Assembly: GCA_964456235.1 (NCBI GenBank) | Contig: CAYWDX010000001.1 | Span: 125,935 to 189,934 of the forward strand | Source: an uncultured Candidatus Saccharibacteria bacterium | GTDB taxonomy: Bacteria > Patescibacteriota > Minisyncoccia > UBA6257 > 2-01-FULL-56-20 | Reading direction: 5' to 3' | DNA length: 64,000 nucleotides | Part shown: piece by piece, positions 35,032 through 43,527 of the stretch | Layout of the letters: each line of letters starts with the position of its first letter | Numbering within the stretch: the first letter of the stretch is position 1 | Notes under the pieces: generated by a model | The model's database searches: none | Seen by the model: the letters and a program-made list of their open reading frames with translations, nothing else | What the model was told of the DNA's origin: nothing | Translations under genes and position numbers: made by a program

Positions 35032-35392
35032 TGAACCCCGCGTAGAGTCCCACGCCCGGGATATCGTCAGGCTTGCCGGCGACCTGCATGCCGCCGAGCA
35101 CCTTGCCGCCCGCCGCAGTCACCCGCTTCATCGCCTCCTCAATGTTATCCACCGCAATCGTCACGCGCGTCATCTGATCCGGCTTCGTCTTGTCATAAAA
35201 TCCGCCGTTGATCTGCCCAGGATTTTTCACCATGCGGTTTTCATCGGTCTCGGCCGTCGTCACGACAACATAGTTCCCCATTTCGGGACCCAGCTGCTGC
35301 GACTTCCATCCAAATGCGTCCTCGTAAAATTTCATCATGCGCGCCTTGTCCTCCGCCGGCATTTCAAAATGCACCACAGGATTTGTTTTCAT
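34979..35392 (-). CDS. VOC-family (glyoxalase/bleomycin-resistance fold) protein
   Basis: 137 aa, paired beta-alpha-beta-beta-beta modules; VVHFEM...GNHASM pattern. Confidence 0.75.
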   Translation of the reverse strand: MKTNPVVHFEMPAEDKARMMKFYEDAFGWKSQQLGPEMGNYVVVTTAETDENRMVKNPGQINGGFYDKTKPDQMTRVTIAVDNIEEAMKRVTAAGGKVLGGMQVAGKPDDIPGVGLYAGFIDTEGNHASMLQPKNPM

Positions 35393-35457
35393 CGTAACGT
35401 TAATGATTTTTTAATAAGGTTTATTTGCGACGTTTTCTATTCTATCATAGGTGGGAT

Positions 35458-35488
35458 AGGTTTTCACCCCGGATATAGATTTTCACCC
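35458..35488 (+). promoter_or_regulatory. direct repeat AG[G/A]TTTTCACCC x2 (19-bp spacing) overlapping a -35 region; candidate response-regulator site
   Basis: aggttttcaccc at 35458-35469 and agattttcaccc at 35477-35488; TATATT -10 at 35501-35506 lies 7 nt before the ATG at 35513, suggesting a leaderless transcript. Confidence 0.3.
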
Positions 35489-35512
35489 TAAGCAACGCCC
35501 TATATTTCAAAC

Positions 35513-36799
35513 ATGAAGCATAAATTCTTATCGCTCACGCTCTTCATGATTACCATCCTCACGATGGCGACCAATACCTATGGGCCTCTTGCCGCGCAAA
35601 CGGCCTGGGCCCAGGCGACGCCTCCGCCGCCGGCCGGAATCAGCACGGCGGGCTCTCTTCAGGATCAGATTGATGCCAGCAATCAGCAGATTACGACGCT
35701 GAATCAGCAGATTGCGCAGTACCAGTCTGAACTCCAACAGATCGGGTCAGACAAGCGCACGCTCCAGGCGGCGATTAAATCGCTCGACCTCCAGCGCAGC
35801 ACGGTTGAGGCGCAGATCACGATCACCCAGCGCCAGATGGCGATCACACAATTGCAAGTGCAGCAACTTGGTGGCGAAATTACCGACACGCAACAGGCGA
35901 TCATGAACGACCAAAATTCTTTGGGCGCCTACATACGCGATCTTCAAAAAAATGAAAACATTCCCCTCTTGATCCAAGTGCTTTCCTCGAGCGACATCAC
36001 GCAGGCGTGGACGGATCTGAATGCAAACTTGCAGATGCAGGAATATGCGCAGAACGAAATGCAGGCGCTCCAGGTACAGGAGAAAAGTTTGGCGAACGCG
36101 AAGGCAAATTCGCAGGCGAAGCAACAGGTCCTTACGTCGCAACAAAAATCTCTCGCAACGCAACAGAAAACGCTCGCGCAAACCGTGCAGTCGAAGAATC
36201 AACTTCTCGCCGACACGAATGCGAAGGAATCAACGTACCAACAACTTCTTGCCGCGGCTGAGGCGGAGCTGAACAGTTTCTCTGCGTTCGTGCAGAATGC
36301 TGGTGGATCAAAATTACTTGCCAATCAAACGAATTGCGACGCCTGGGGCTGCTATTACAGTCAGCGCGATTCAGCATGGGGCGCGCAGGCGCTGAATGGC
36401 ACGCGCTACACGCTCGCGAGCGACGGCTGCTTGATCACCTCGATGGCGATGGTGCTCACGCACTACGGCCTGCGCGACGTGACGCCCGCGACCATCAACG
36501 GGAATCCGGCGAATTTCGCATCGTATTACCCGGCCTATCTTCTCTACACGATTGTGGTGGATGGCGTGACAGCGACGCGCAAGACGGCTTCACTCGATGC
36601 CACGCTCGCAACCGGAAATCCCGTCATCGTCGGCCTCCGGGCTTATGGCGGCACGCACTTTGTCGTACTCGTGAGCGGCGCCCGAGGCCACTATATTATG
36701 CGCGACCCCTACGTCGCCGGCGGCAAAGACATCAGCTTCACCGATCGCTACGCCGTCCGCAGCATCTTCAGTATTGCGAAAGTGGTGGTGGGGAGCTAG
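35513..36799 (+). CDS. secreted coiled-coil + C-terminal Cys/His peptidase (C39-like/CHAP-like) protein; PcsB-like putative peptidoglycan hydrolase
   Basis: Signal peptide; ~250 aa Gln/Leu-rich heptad coiled coil; C-terminal NCDAWGCYYSQRDSAWG...DGCLITSMAMVLTHYG...GGTHFVVLV resembles peptidase_C39-like/CHAP catalytic Cys and His regions. Confidence 0.7.
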   Translation: MKHKFLSLTLFMITILTMATNTYGPLAAQTAWAQATPPPPAGISTAGSLQDQIDASNQQITTLNQQIAQYQSELQQIGSDKRTLQAAIKSLDLQRSTVEAQITITQRQMAITQLQVQQLGGEITDTQQAIMNDQNSLGAYIRDLQKNENIPLLIQVLSSSDITQAWTDLNANLQMQEYAQNEMQALQVQEKSLANAKANSQAKQQVLTSQQKSLATQQKTLAQTVQSKNQLLADTNAKESTYQQLLAAAEAELNSFSAFVQNAGGSKLLANQTNCDAWGCYYSQRDSAWGAQALNGTRYTLASDGCLITSMAMVLTHYGLRDVTPATINGNPANFASYYPAYLLYTIVVDGVTATRKTASLDATLATGNPVIVGLRAYGGTHFVVLVSGARGHYIMRDPYVAGGKDISFTDRYAVRSIFSIAKVVVGS

Positions 36800-36818
36800 G
36801 GCTGATAAAAATCTTTTG

Positions 36819-36905
36819 CGGAAGGGGCGAGATTCGAACTCGCGGTACCATTTCTGGCACACGATCTTTCCAGGATCGCCAGTTAAACCACTCCTGCACC
36901 CTTCC
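36819..36905 (-). tRNA. tRNA-Ser (anticodon GGA)
   Basis: Sense GGAAGGGTGCAGGAGTGGTTTAACTGGCGATCCTGGAAAGATCGTGTGCCAGAAATGGTACCGCGAGTTCGAATCTCGCCCCTTCCG; long variable arm. Confidence 0.85.
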
Positions 36906-36949
36906 TTACTATTATTTTTTTCCTGCGAGTACTTTAGCACAAACGGTGC

Positions 36950-37864
36950 CTACTTTGAAAGCGCCTGGAGTGCGGCGATGCGTTCTTCGATCGGCGGGTG
37001 CGTCATAAAAAGCTTGTGCCACCAGGAGACGCCCTGGCCCTTGAACGGATTGTCGAGCCACATATGCGCGGTCGAATCTTTTGCAGAGCGCATGGGCGTT
37101 TGGTCGACGGCGATCTTTTGGAGGGCGGCGATGAGGCCTTCCGGATAGCGCGTGAGGAGGACGCCCGAGGCGTCCGCGAGCGCTTCGCGCCGGCGCGAAA
37201 TCGCGAGTTGGATCAGCATCGTGCCGATCGGCGCGAGGATCGACAGCACGATCGCCGCGATGAAGAAAATTTCTTGCGCTTCCCCGTTCTGCCCGCCACC
37301 GCGACGCCCGCCGCCTCCGAAGCCACCCCAGAATATGGAGCGGAGGAAGACGTCGGCAATCAACGAAATGATGCCTGCGAGGATGGCGGCGACGGTCGAA
37401 ACGAGGATGTCGCGATTTCCCACATGTGAAAGTTCGTGCGCAATCACGCCTTCAAGTTCGGTTTTATCGAGGCGCGCGAGCGCGCCCTGCGTTACGGCGA
37501 CGGCCGCGTGCTGCGGGCCACGCCCGGTGGCGAACGCGTTGATCTGCGCTTCGGGTGTCACGTAGATCGCAGGCATCGGAAGCCCCGCCGCGATCGTCAG
37601 GTTTTCAACAATATTATAGAGCGCGGGATTGTCGTGTTTTTCGATCGGCACCGCGCGAGCGAGCGAGAGCGCGATCGACGCCGAGGCGTAATAGCTGATC
37701 AGCGAATAAATAATGCTGAAAATGATCGCGAAGATGAGGAAGCTTGGATCGCCGTAGTAACCCGAAATCACCCAACCGATCGCGGCGAGTACGATAAAAA
37801 ACACGACAAACATGAGCCACGTCCGGCGCACATTCGACGCCTGGTACTGGTAAAGATTAGCCAT
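36950..37864 (-). CDS. htpX: membrane zinc metalloprotease HtpX (M48)
   Basis: HELSHVGNRD HExxH motif, multiple TM segments, Gly-rich loop. Confidence 0.9.
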   Translation of the reverse strand: MANLYQYQASNVRRTWLMFVVFFIVLAAIGWVISGYYGDPSFLIFAIIFSIIYSLISYYASASIALSLARAVPIEKHDNPALYNIVENLTIAAGLPMPAIYVTPEAQINAFATGRGPQHAAVAVTQGALARLDKTELEGVIAHELSHVGNRDILVSTVAAILAGIISLIADVFLRSIFWGGFGGGGRRGGGQNGEAQEIFFIAAIVLSILAPIGTMLIQLAISRRREALADASGVLLTRYPEGLIAALQKIAVDQTPMRSAKDSTAHMWLDNPFKGQGVSWWHKLFMTHPPIEERIAALQALSK

Positions 37865-37867
37865 CTG

Positions 37868-38413
37868 CTAGAATTTCACCGAAACCGCCTGTTTCTCCGC
37901 GTCCGAAAGATTGCCGAAAAATTCCATCGCCGTGAATCCCATCATGCGCGCAAATAAATTCGTTGGGAAAATTTGGATCTTCGTGTTCAGATCGCGCACC
38001 ATGCCATTGTAGAAGCGGCGGGCGGCTTGGATTTTGTCTTCGGTGTCGGTCAATTCGTTCTGTAAATTCAAAAAGTTTTCGTTCGCCTTGAGCTGCGGAT
38101 AATTTTCCGCAACCGCAAAGAGTGATTTCAACGCGCCGCTCAAAGCATCTTCCGCGCCGGCCTTCGCCGCGCCCGTCGCCTGCATCGCCCGCGATCGCGC
38201 CTGCGTCACTTTTTCAAAAACGCCCGACTCGTGCGCCATGTACCCCTTCACCGATTCAACGAGGTTCGGAATGAGGTCGTAGCGGCGCTTCAACTGCACG
38301 TCGATGTCGGACCACGCCTCCTGCGCCCGGTTGCGCGTGCGAACGAGGCCGTTATATGCGGCGATGAGCCATACGACGATGATGACGACTGCTGCGACTA
38401 TCCACGTGATCAT
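37868..38413 (-). CDS. lemA: LemA-family membrane protein
   Basis: N-terminal TM plus conserved LemA pattern NGLVRTRNRAQEAWSDIDVQLKRRYDLIPNLVESVKGY. Confidence 0.88.
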   Translation of the reverse strand: MITWIVAAVVIIVVWLIAAYNGLVRTRNRAQEAWSDIDVQLKRRYDLIPNLVESVKGYMAHESGVFEKVTQARSRAMQATGAAKAGAEDALSGALKSLFAVAENYPQLKANENFLNLQNELTDTEDKIQAARRFYNGMVRDLNTKIQIFPTNLFARMMGFTAMEFFGNLSDAEKQAVSVKF

Positions 38414-38435
38414 GTTTTTATTATACGCCTATGAG

Positions 38436-40061
38436 TTAGTAATCCTCCCCGCCCATCATGCCGCCGGGCATTCCTGCGGGGCCTGCGGTCTTTTTCTCGG
38501 GGATGTTCGTGACGGCGGCGCCAACCGTGAGATAGTTCGCGGCCACCGAAACGGCGTTCGTGAATGCGGCGCGCGTCACTTTCAAGGGGTCGATGATACC
38601 GGCCTCTTTGAGATCCCCAATTTCATTTTTGATTGCATTGAAGCCCGTCCAAGCCTTGCCGCCGCCGCGCTTTTGGATCTGCGAGATCACGCGATCAGGC
38701 GACTCGCCGCTGTTCGTGACGATCGCGCGGAGCGGTGCTTCAAGCGCGCGCATCAAAATGGTTGACGCGCCGCTCTTTGCCGTGACCGCCGGGAGCGCAT
38801 TCCACAATGCAATGCCGCCGCCGGGCACGATCCCTTCTTCCATGGCCGCGCGCGTTGCTGCAACCGCATCCTCAACCCGCTGCTTCAATTCTTTTTGCGC
38901 CGCTTCCGTGGGCGAGCCTACTTTAATCACCGCGACGCCGCCGGAAAGTTTGCCGAGGCGCTCCTGCAATTTCTCTTTATCAAAATCAGAATCAGTTTTT
39001 TTGATCTGCGCTTTGATTTGCGCCACGCGATCCTCGATCGCTTTCTTCTCGCCGCGCCCGCCGACGACCGTCGTCGCGTCTTTTGTCGAAACAACGCGAT
39101 GCGCGCGGCCCAGGTCGTCAACCGTCGCGGCCTCAAGTTTCTTGCCAGTCTCTTCTGAAATCAGTGTTGCGCCGGCCACGATTGCGATGTCCTGCAGCAT
39201 TTCTTTTTTGCGGTCGCCGAAGCCCGGCGCTTTTACCGCGAGCACATTAAATACGCCCCGCAGTTTGTTCACGATGAGCGTCGTAAGCGCCTCGCCTTCG
39301 ACATCGTCGGCAACAATCAAGAGTTCCTTTTTGCCGCTCTGCACCACTTTTTCGAGGAGCTGCAAAATGTCCTGGATCGAAGAAATTTTCTTGTCGGTCA
39401 CGAGAATGTACGGGTCCTCAAGCGCCGCCTCCATCCGCTCCTGGTTCGTCACCATGTATTGCGAAACGTAGCCGCGGTCAAACTGCATGCCTTCGACAAT
39501 TTCGAAGGAATTGCCGATCGTGTTCGAATCTTCAACCGTCACGACGCCCTCCTTGCCGATTTTTTCCATCACGGTCGCGATGAGGCCGCCGATTTCCGCA
39601 TCCTTCGCGGAAAGCGTCGCCACTTCTTTTATTTTTTTATTGTCATTGATAAGTTCGCGTTGGTCTTCGAGCGCTTTCGCAACCGCGTGGCTCGCCTGCT
39701 TGAGCTCTTCGGCGAGCTGGATCACATTAAAACCTTTCTCGCGGATTACCTTCTCTCCCTCATCGATCATCGCGTGCGCGAGGACGGTCGCCGTCGTCGT
39801 GCCATCGCCTACGCCGTCGTTTGTTTTATCAGCCGCCTGCTTGATAAATTCGGCGCCAACATTTTCCCACTTGTCTTCGAGCTCGATTTCCTTCGCCACC
39901 GTCACGCCGTCAAACGTAACCATGGGCGCGCCATAGCCCTTTTCGATCACCACCGCGCGGCCGCGGGGGCCGAGCGTCATAATGACGGCTGACGCCAATT
40001 TGTCGATGCCTTTCTTCATCGCTGCTCGCGCATCCTCGTTGAATTTAATTTGTTTTGCCAT
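38436..40061 (-). CDS. groL: chaperonin GroEL
   Basis: 541 aa; AAVEEGIVPGGG and C-terminal GGM repeat (MPGGMMGG). Confidence 0.97.
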   Translation of the reverse strand: MAKQIKFNEDARAAMKKGIDKLASAVIMTLGPRGRAVVIEKGYGAPMVTFDGVTVAKEIELEDKWENVGAEFIKQAADKTNDGVGDGTTTATVLAHAMIDEGEKVIREKGFNVIQLAEELKQASHAVAKALEDQRELINDNKKIKEVATLSAKDAEIGGLIATVMEKIGKEGVVTVEDSNTIGNSFEIVEGMQFDRGYVSQYMVTNQERMEAALEDPYILVTDKKISSIQDILQLLEKVVQSGKKELLIVADDVEGEALTTLIVNKLRGVFNVLAVKAPGFGDRKKEMLQDIAIVAGATLISEETGKKLEAATVDDLGRAHRVVSTKDATTVVGGRGEKKAIEDRVAQIKAQIKKTDSDFDKEKLQERLGKLSGGVAVIKVGSPTEAAQKELKQRVEDAVAATRAAMEEGIVPGGGIALWNALPAVTAKSGASTILMRALEAPLRAIVTNSGESPDRVISQIQKRGGGKAWTGFNAIKNEIGDLKEAGIIDPLKVTRAAFTNAVSVAANYLTVGAAVTNIPEKKTAGPAGMPGGMMGGEDY

Positions 40062-40103
40062 ATGGTTTAATAATTTTTTAATTAAAAATTTATTAAAGGC
40101 CCT

Positions 40104-40400
40104 CTATTCGATAACGGCGAGGATGTCGTCCTCGTCGCCGACCAAATATTTTTTCCCTTCGATTTCAATTTCGTCCGGGCCATACTTTTTAAAAAGCACG
40201 ACATCGCCCACCTTTACGCCCATCGGCTGCATCTCGCCCTTGTCATTCCGCTTGCCCGGGCCCACGGCAAGCACTTTCCCCTTGATCGGCTTTTCACGCT
40301 CGGCGGTTTCGGGCAGCACGATGCCACCCTTTGTGACCTTTTCTTCCCCCAACGGCTCCAAAAAAATGTGATTGGTTAATGGTTTAAGGTTCATCACCAA
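40104..40400 (-). CDS. groS: co-chaperonin GroES
   Basis: 98 aa, mobile loop TKGGIVLPETA. Confidence 0.95.
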   Translation of the reverse strand: MVMNLKPLTNHIFLEPLGEEKVTKGGIVLPETAEREKPIKGKVLAVGPGKRNDKGEMQPMGVKVGDVVLFKKYGPDEIEIEGKKYLVGDEDDILAVIE

Positions 40401-40421
40401 AAATTAAAGATTTATTAAGAT

Positions 40422-40448
40422 TTAGCACTCACGACCAATGAGTGCCAA
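40422..40448. promoter_or_regulatory. CIRCE operator (HrcA-binding inverted repeat) upstream of groES
   Basis: TTAGCACTC-N9-GAGTGCCAA versus consensus TTAGCACTC-N9-GAGTGCTAA (one mismatch). Confidence 0.8.
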
Positions 40449-40453
40449 CCAGA

Positions 40454-40481
40454 ATTGTAGCGGAGAGCGCCGCCGTGTCAA
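40454..40481 (-). promoter_or_regulatory. sigma70-type promoter of groES-groEL (TTGACA-16-TACAAT) just upstream of CIRCE
   Basis: Minus-strand ttgaca (40476-40481), 16-nt spacer, tacaat (40454-40459); CIRCE begins ~6 nt downstream. Confidence 0.6.
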
Positions 40482-40512
40482 GCCGCGACTGCCATAGGAA
40501 ACCCGCTTGCGG

Positions 40513-41448
40513 CTACGCCATCTTCACCTCGTCGTAAATATTCAAAACTGCCTTCACCGCGTCGCCGGCCGAAATGTTATTTTGCCGATAGATGCCATCC
40601 GTCACATCCCCTATCGCCCAAATGCCCGGCGCGGACGTCCGCTGCGTGCGCGCATCAACTTTAATGTCGCCGCGGTCATCAAGATCGACAACGCCTTTCA
40701 CGAAATCAGAATTTGGGATAAGGCCGACCTCGACGAACACTCCTTCGACGGCGAGCTCCTTCGATTCATTCGTTTTCACATCGTGATAGCGCACGCCCGT
40801 CACCTGCGCGGAACCGAGCACTTCGTCCACGACGCCATTCCAAATGATTTCCACTTTCGGATTGTTGCGTACCTTGTCTTGTGAGACCGGATCGCCCTTC
40901 AAAACTTCCGAACGGATCATCAAATAAATCTTTTTTGCGTAGGGGTGCAAATCAAGCACGCTCTCAAGCGCCGAATTGCCGCCGCCAACCACGACAACGG
41001 TTTTGTTGTCGAAAAGCGGCGCGTCGCACGTGGAACAATAGACCACGCCCCGGCCCTCGTGTTCTTTTTCCCCCGGGACATTCAAACGCTTGCGGCTGCT
41101 GCCCGACGCGATCAAAACATATTTTGTTTCGTGCGTTTTCCCGTTGCGCGTCAAAACGCGGTAGCCGCCGGCCGCGCCAGCGGCGCCTGCCATTGTTTCG
41201 ACGCCCGTCACGAGGTCATCGTCAATAATTTCGATCCCACTTTGCGCGCGAATATGTTCCTCGAGCGCTTTTGCCAGATCATAGCCCGTGAGCGATTTGG
41301 TTCCGATCCAATTTTCGATGCCGCCCGAAATTGCCGACTGGCCGCCGAAGCTGTCGGTGATCAATAACGTTTTAATTTTTTTGCGGGCTGCGTAGACGCC
41401 GGCAGAAACCCCGCCTGGTCCCGCGCCCACAATGATCAGGTCATACAT
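40513..41448 (-). CDS. trxB: thioredoxin-disulfide reductase
   Basis: FAD motif IIVGAGPGG, redox-active CSTCD, NADPH motif VVVVGGGNSA. Confidence 0.92.
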   Translation of the reverse strand: MYDLIIVGAGPGGVSAGVYAARKKIKTLLITDSFGGQSAISGGIENWIGTKSLTGYDLAKALEEHIRAQSGIEIIDDDLVTGVETMAGAAGAAGGYRVLTRNGKTHETKYVLIASGSSRKRLNVPGEKEHEGRGVVYCSTCDAPLFDNKTVVVVGGGNSALESVLDLHPYAKKIYLMIRSEVLKGDPVSQDKVRNNPKVEIIWNGVVDEVLGSAQVTGVRYHDVKTNESKELAVEGVFVEVGLIPNSDFVKGVVDLDDRGDIKVDARTQRTSAPGIWAIGDVTDGIYRQNNISAGDAVKAVLNIYDEVKMA

Positions 41449-41466
41449 GGCGCGCTAAAAACTTTT

Positions 41467-41706
41467 TTATTTTTGCGGAACGAGCAAATCCTCGAGCGTT
41501 TTTTTGTCAAAACCGACGAGTATTTGGCCATCAACATCAATCACCGGCACGCCCATCTGGTGAGATTTCGCGAACATCTCCTCGCGCGCCTTTAAATCCG
41601 ACGCGACGTTGTGTTCCGTGTACGCAATCCCATTTTTCGTGAAAAAATCTTTCGCCATCTTGCAGTAGACGCAGGTTGGGGTGCTGTAAATGGTTACGGT
41701 CGCCAT
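41467..41706 (-). CDS. glutaredoxin-like protein (NrdH/YruB-type)
   Basis: 79 aa, TIYSTPTCVYCKMAK CxxC motif. Confidence 0.8.
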   Translation of the reverse strand: MATVTIYSTPTCVYCKMAKDFFTKNGIAYTEHNVASDLKAREEMFAKSHQMGVPVIDVDGQILVGFDKKTLEDLLVPQK

Positions 41707-41764
41707 GGTTTTAATAAAGTTTTAATGAAAAATTTGTTAAAAAATATCGCACAAAGACTTTTCC

Positions 41765-41938
41765 ATTATAATCGGGGCTCTGATTTTTCCGCAAAGAGCT
41801 GCCAGGCACTTACGAGAATGAGAACGATGCCGCAGAGGGCCGAACTCCACTTCGCGAGGGAGATGTCGCTGAATTGAAGGAGCCACGGCGAGAGCAAGAG
41901 CCAGATCCCGATCGCGCCCTGTGTCCACGTTGCTGCCA
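41765..41938 (-). CDS. small SPW-repeat membrane protein (57 aa, GTG start)
   Basis: Frame not in the ORF track: (V)AATWTQGAIGIWLLLSPWLLQFSDISLAKWSSALCGIVLILVSAW...; contains an LSPW motif and two TM helices; TAA stop immediately upstream of the GTG. Confidence 0.35.
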
Positions 41939-41996
41939 CGCAACTATTTTACGCCGCCCCGCGCAGGCGAGTCAAATCAAAAACCTTGCCAGAAGC

Positions 41997-43469
41997 CTAT
42001 CGTACGAAGAGATAATCAGGATTGGTCACCTTTCCCGAAGCGAACTTGCCCAAATAAGTGCCGCTTGCGTCAAATATCTGGACGTTGTTGCTGGTATTAT
42101 CCGAAACATAGATCGTTCCATTTGCATCAACCGTCACGCCAGAGGTTCCCCTAAACTGTCCGGTACTCGTGCCATACGACCCGAATTTCATAAGGAAATT
42201 TCCACTCGAATCAAATTTCTGAACGCGATCCTGGTTACCGCTACCGCCGTCTGCGACATAAATATTGTTACCTGAATCGACGGCGAGGCCACGGATGTTA
42301 AGGAACTGTCCATCGCTCGAACCATATGAGCCGAACTGCGCGAGGTAGTTACCGCCAGAGTCAAACTTTTCAACCCGCAAATGTGAAATGTTCCCGCTGT
42401 CAACCGCATATACATTGCCACTTGAATCAACGCCGATGCCGGAAACACCGTTGAATTGGCCGTCGCCCGATCCTGAAGTGCCGAACTGAAGCACATAGTT
42501 TCCATTCGAATCGAATTTCTCTACCCGATGGTTCCCTCCATCGCCCGCATAGACATATCCATCGAGGCTAGTACCAATACCCAACTGGGACCCCCCTGCC
42601 GCGCTAAATTGGCCGTTCCCACTTCCTGACGACCCAGACTGGAGCAGATAGTTCCCATTTGAATCAAATTTCTGGATGCGGTGATTCCCTCCGTCTTGCA
42701 CCCAGATATTGCCGGTAGAATCCACCGTCACGCCCCACGCAAAGCTCAATTGGCCGTTCCCACTTCCTGAAGAACCGACGGTGGCGAGATAATTCCCGTT
42801 GTAATCAAATTTTTGGACGCGGCTAGCGCTGAAATCTGCGACCCACACGCACGGACCGCCGTTTGCGCATCCATAATCTTCCTTAATGAGCGTGAGTGAA
42901 GTGCCTTTCGCGTAGAGGAAAGGGATGGGACCGCCGCCGCCCGTTTCTTGTCCAGAGTATTTCACCGACTGTACATTTGCCGTAATTTCATAATTCGTCC
43001 CATCGGTCGCATAGGCGTAGTAAGAACCGGTCGAGGTCTGGTTTTTCGGGTCAACCGGGAGAAGTCCGATCGGTGAGCCGCCGGTCACTTTGGTGAGGTC
43101 AACTGGAATCCATCCCGTACCATCAACGTTGCGATAATTTTGCGAAGAAACACACCAGTAGGTTTGCCCAGCGGGAAGGGTAACCAAGCCGAGCGATGAA
43201 CAGGTGCTGGTCTGTGCACCGGAGAGCGTAGGATCGGGCACTGAAACGTAAATAGTGTTCGCGGCTCCCAGCGACGTGATGTTTTTGGCGAGCGGGAGGA
43301 CTGAATCCAGTTGGCTGATGTCAGCAATGCGCGTGCTGTCGTTCGCCTGGAGCGAAAGCTCGGACGGGTTGAGGAAATAAATGACGGTGAGCGCGCCAGC
43401 CGCGATGACCGCGATCACGATCAAAATTTCTGGCAACGTGAAACCGCGCCGGCGAATAATATTCTTCAT
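41997..43469 (-). CDS. type IV pilin-like protein fused to C-terminal NHL-repeat beta-propeller domain
   Basis: N-terminus MKNIIRRRGFTLPEILIVIAVIAAGAL (G|FTLPE prepilin motif); first ~190 aa resemble the pilA product (...TDGTNYEITANVQSVKYSG...AKGTSLTL); then ~6 NHL repeats (SGSGNGQF.....GV.VDS.GNIYV.D..N.R.QKFD). Confidence 0.75.
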   Translation of the reverse strand: MKNIIRRRGFTLPEILIVIAVIAAGALTVIYFLNPSELSLQANDSTRIADISQLDSVLPLAKNITSLGAANTIYVSVPDPTLSGAQTSTCSSLGLVTLPAGQTYWCVSSQNYRNVDGTGWIPVDLTKVTGGSPIGLLPVDPKNQTSTGSYYAYATDGTNYEITANVQSVKYSGQETGGGGPIPFLYAKGTSLTLIKEDYGCANGGPCVWVADFSASRVQKFDYNGNYLATVGSSGSGNGQLSFAWGVTVDSTGNIWVQDGGNHRIQKFDSNGNYLLQSGSSGSGNGQFSAAGGSQLGIGTSLDGYVYAGDGGNHRVEKFDSNGNYVLQFGTSGSGDGQFNGVSGIGVDSSGNVYAVDSGNISHLRVEKFDSGGNYLAQFGSYGSSDGQFLNIRGLAVDSGNNIYVADGGSGNQDRVQKFDSSGNFLMKFGSYGTSTGQFRGTSGVTVDANGTIYVSDNTSNNVQIFDASGTYLGKFASGKVTNPDYLFVR

Positions 43470-43527
43470 GAATAAATTATACCATACGATGCCGCGCAGG
43501 CGCGGCTACGACTTGAATGTAACGTTG

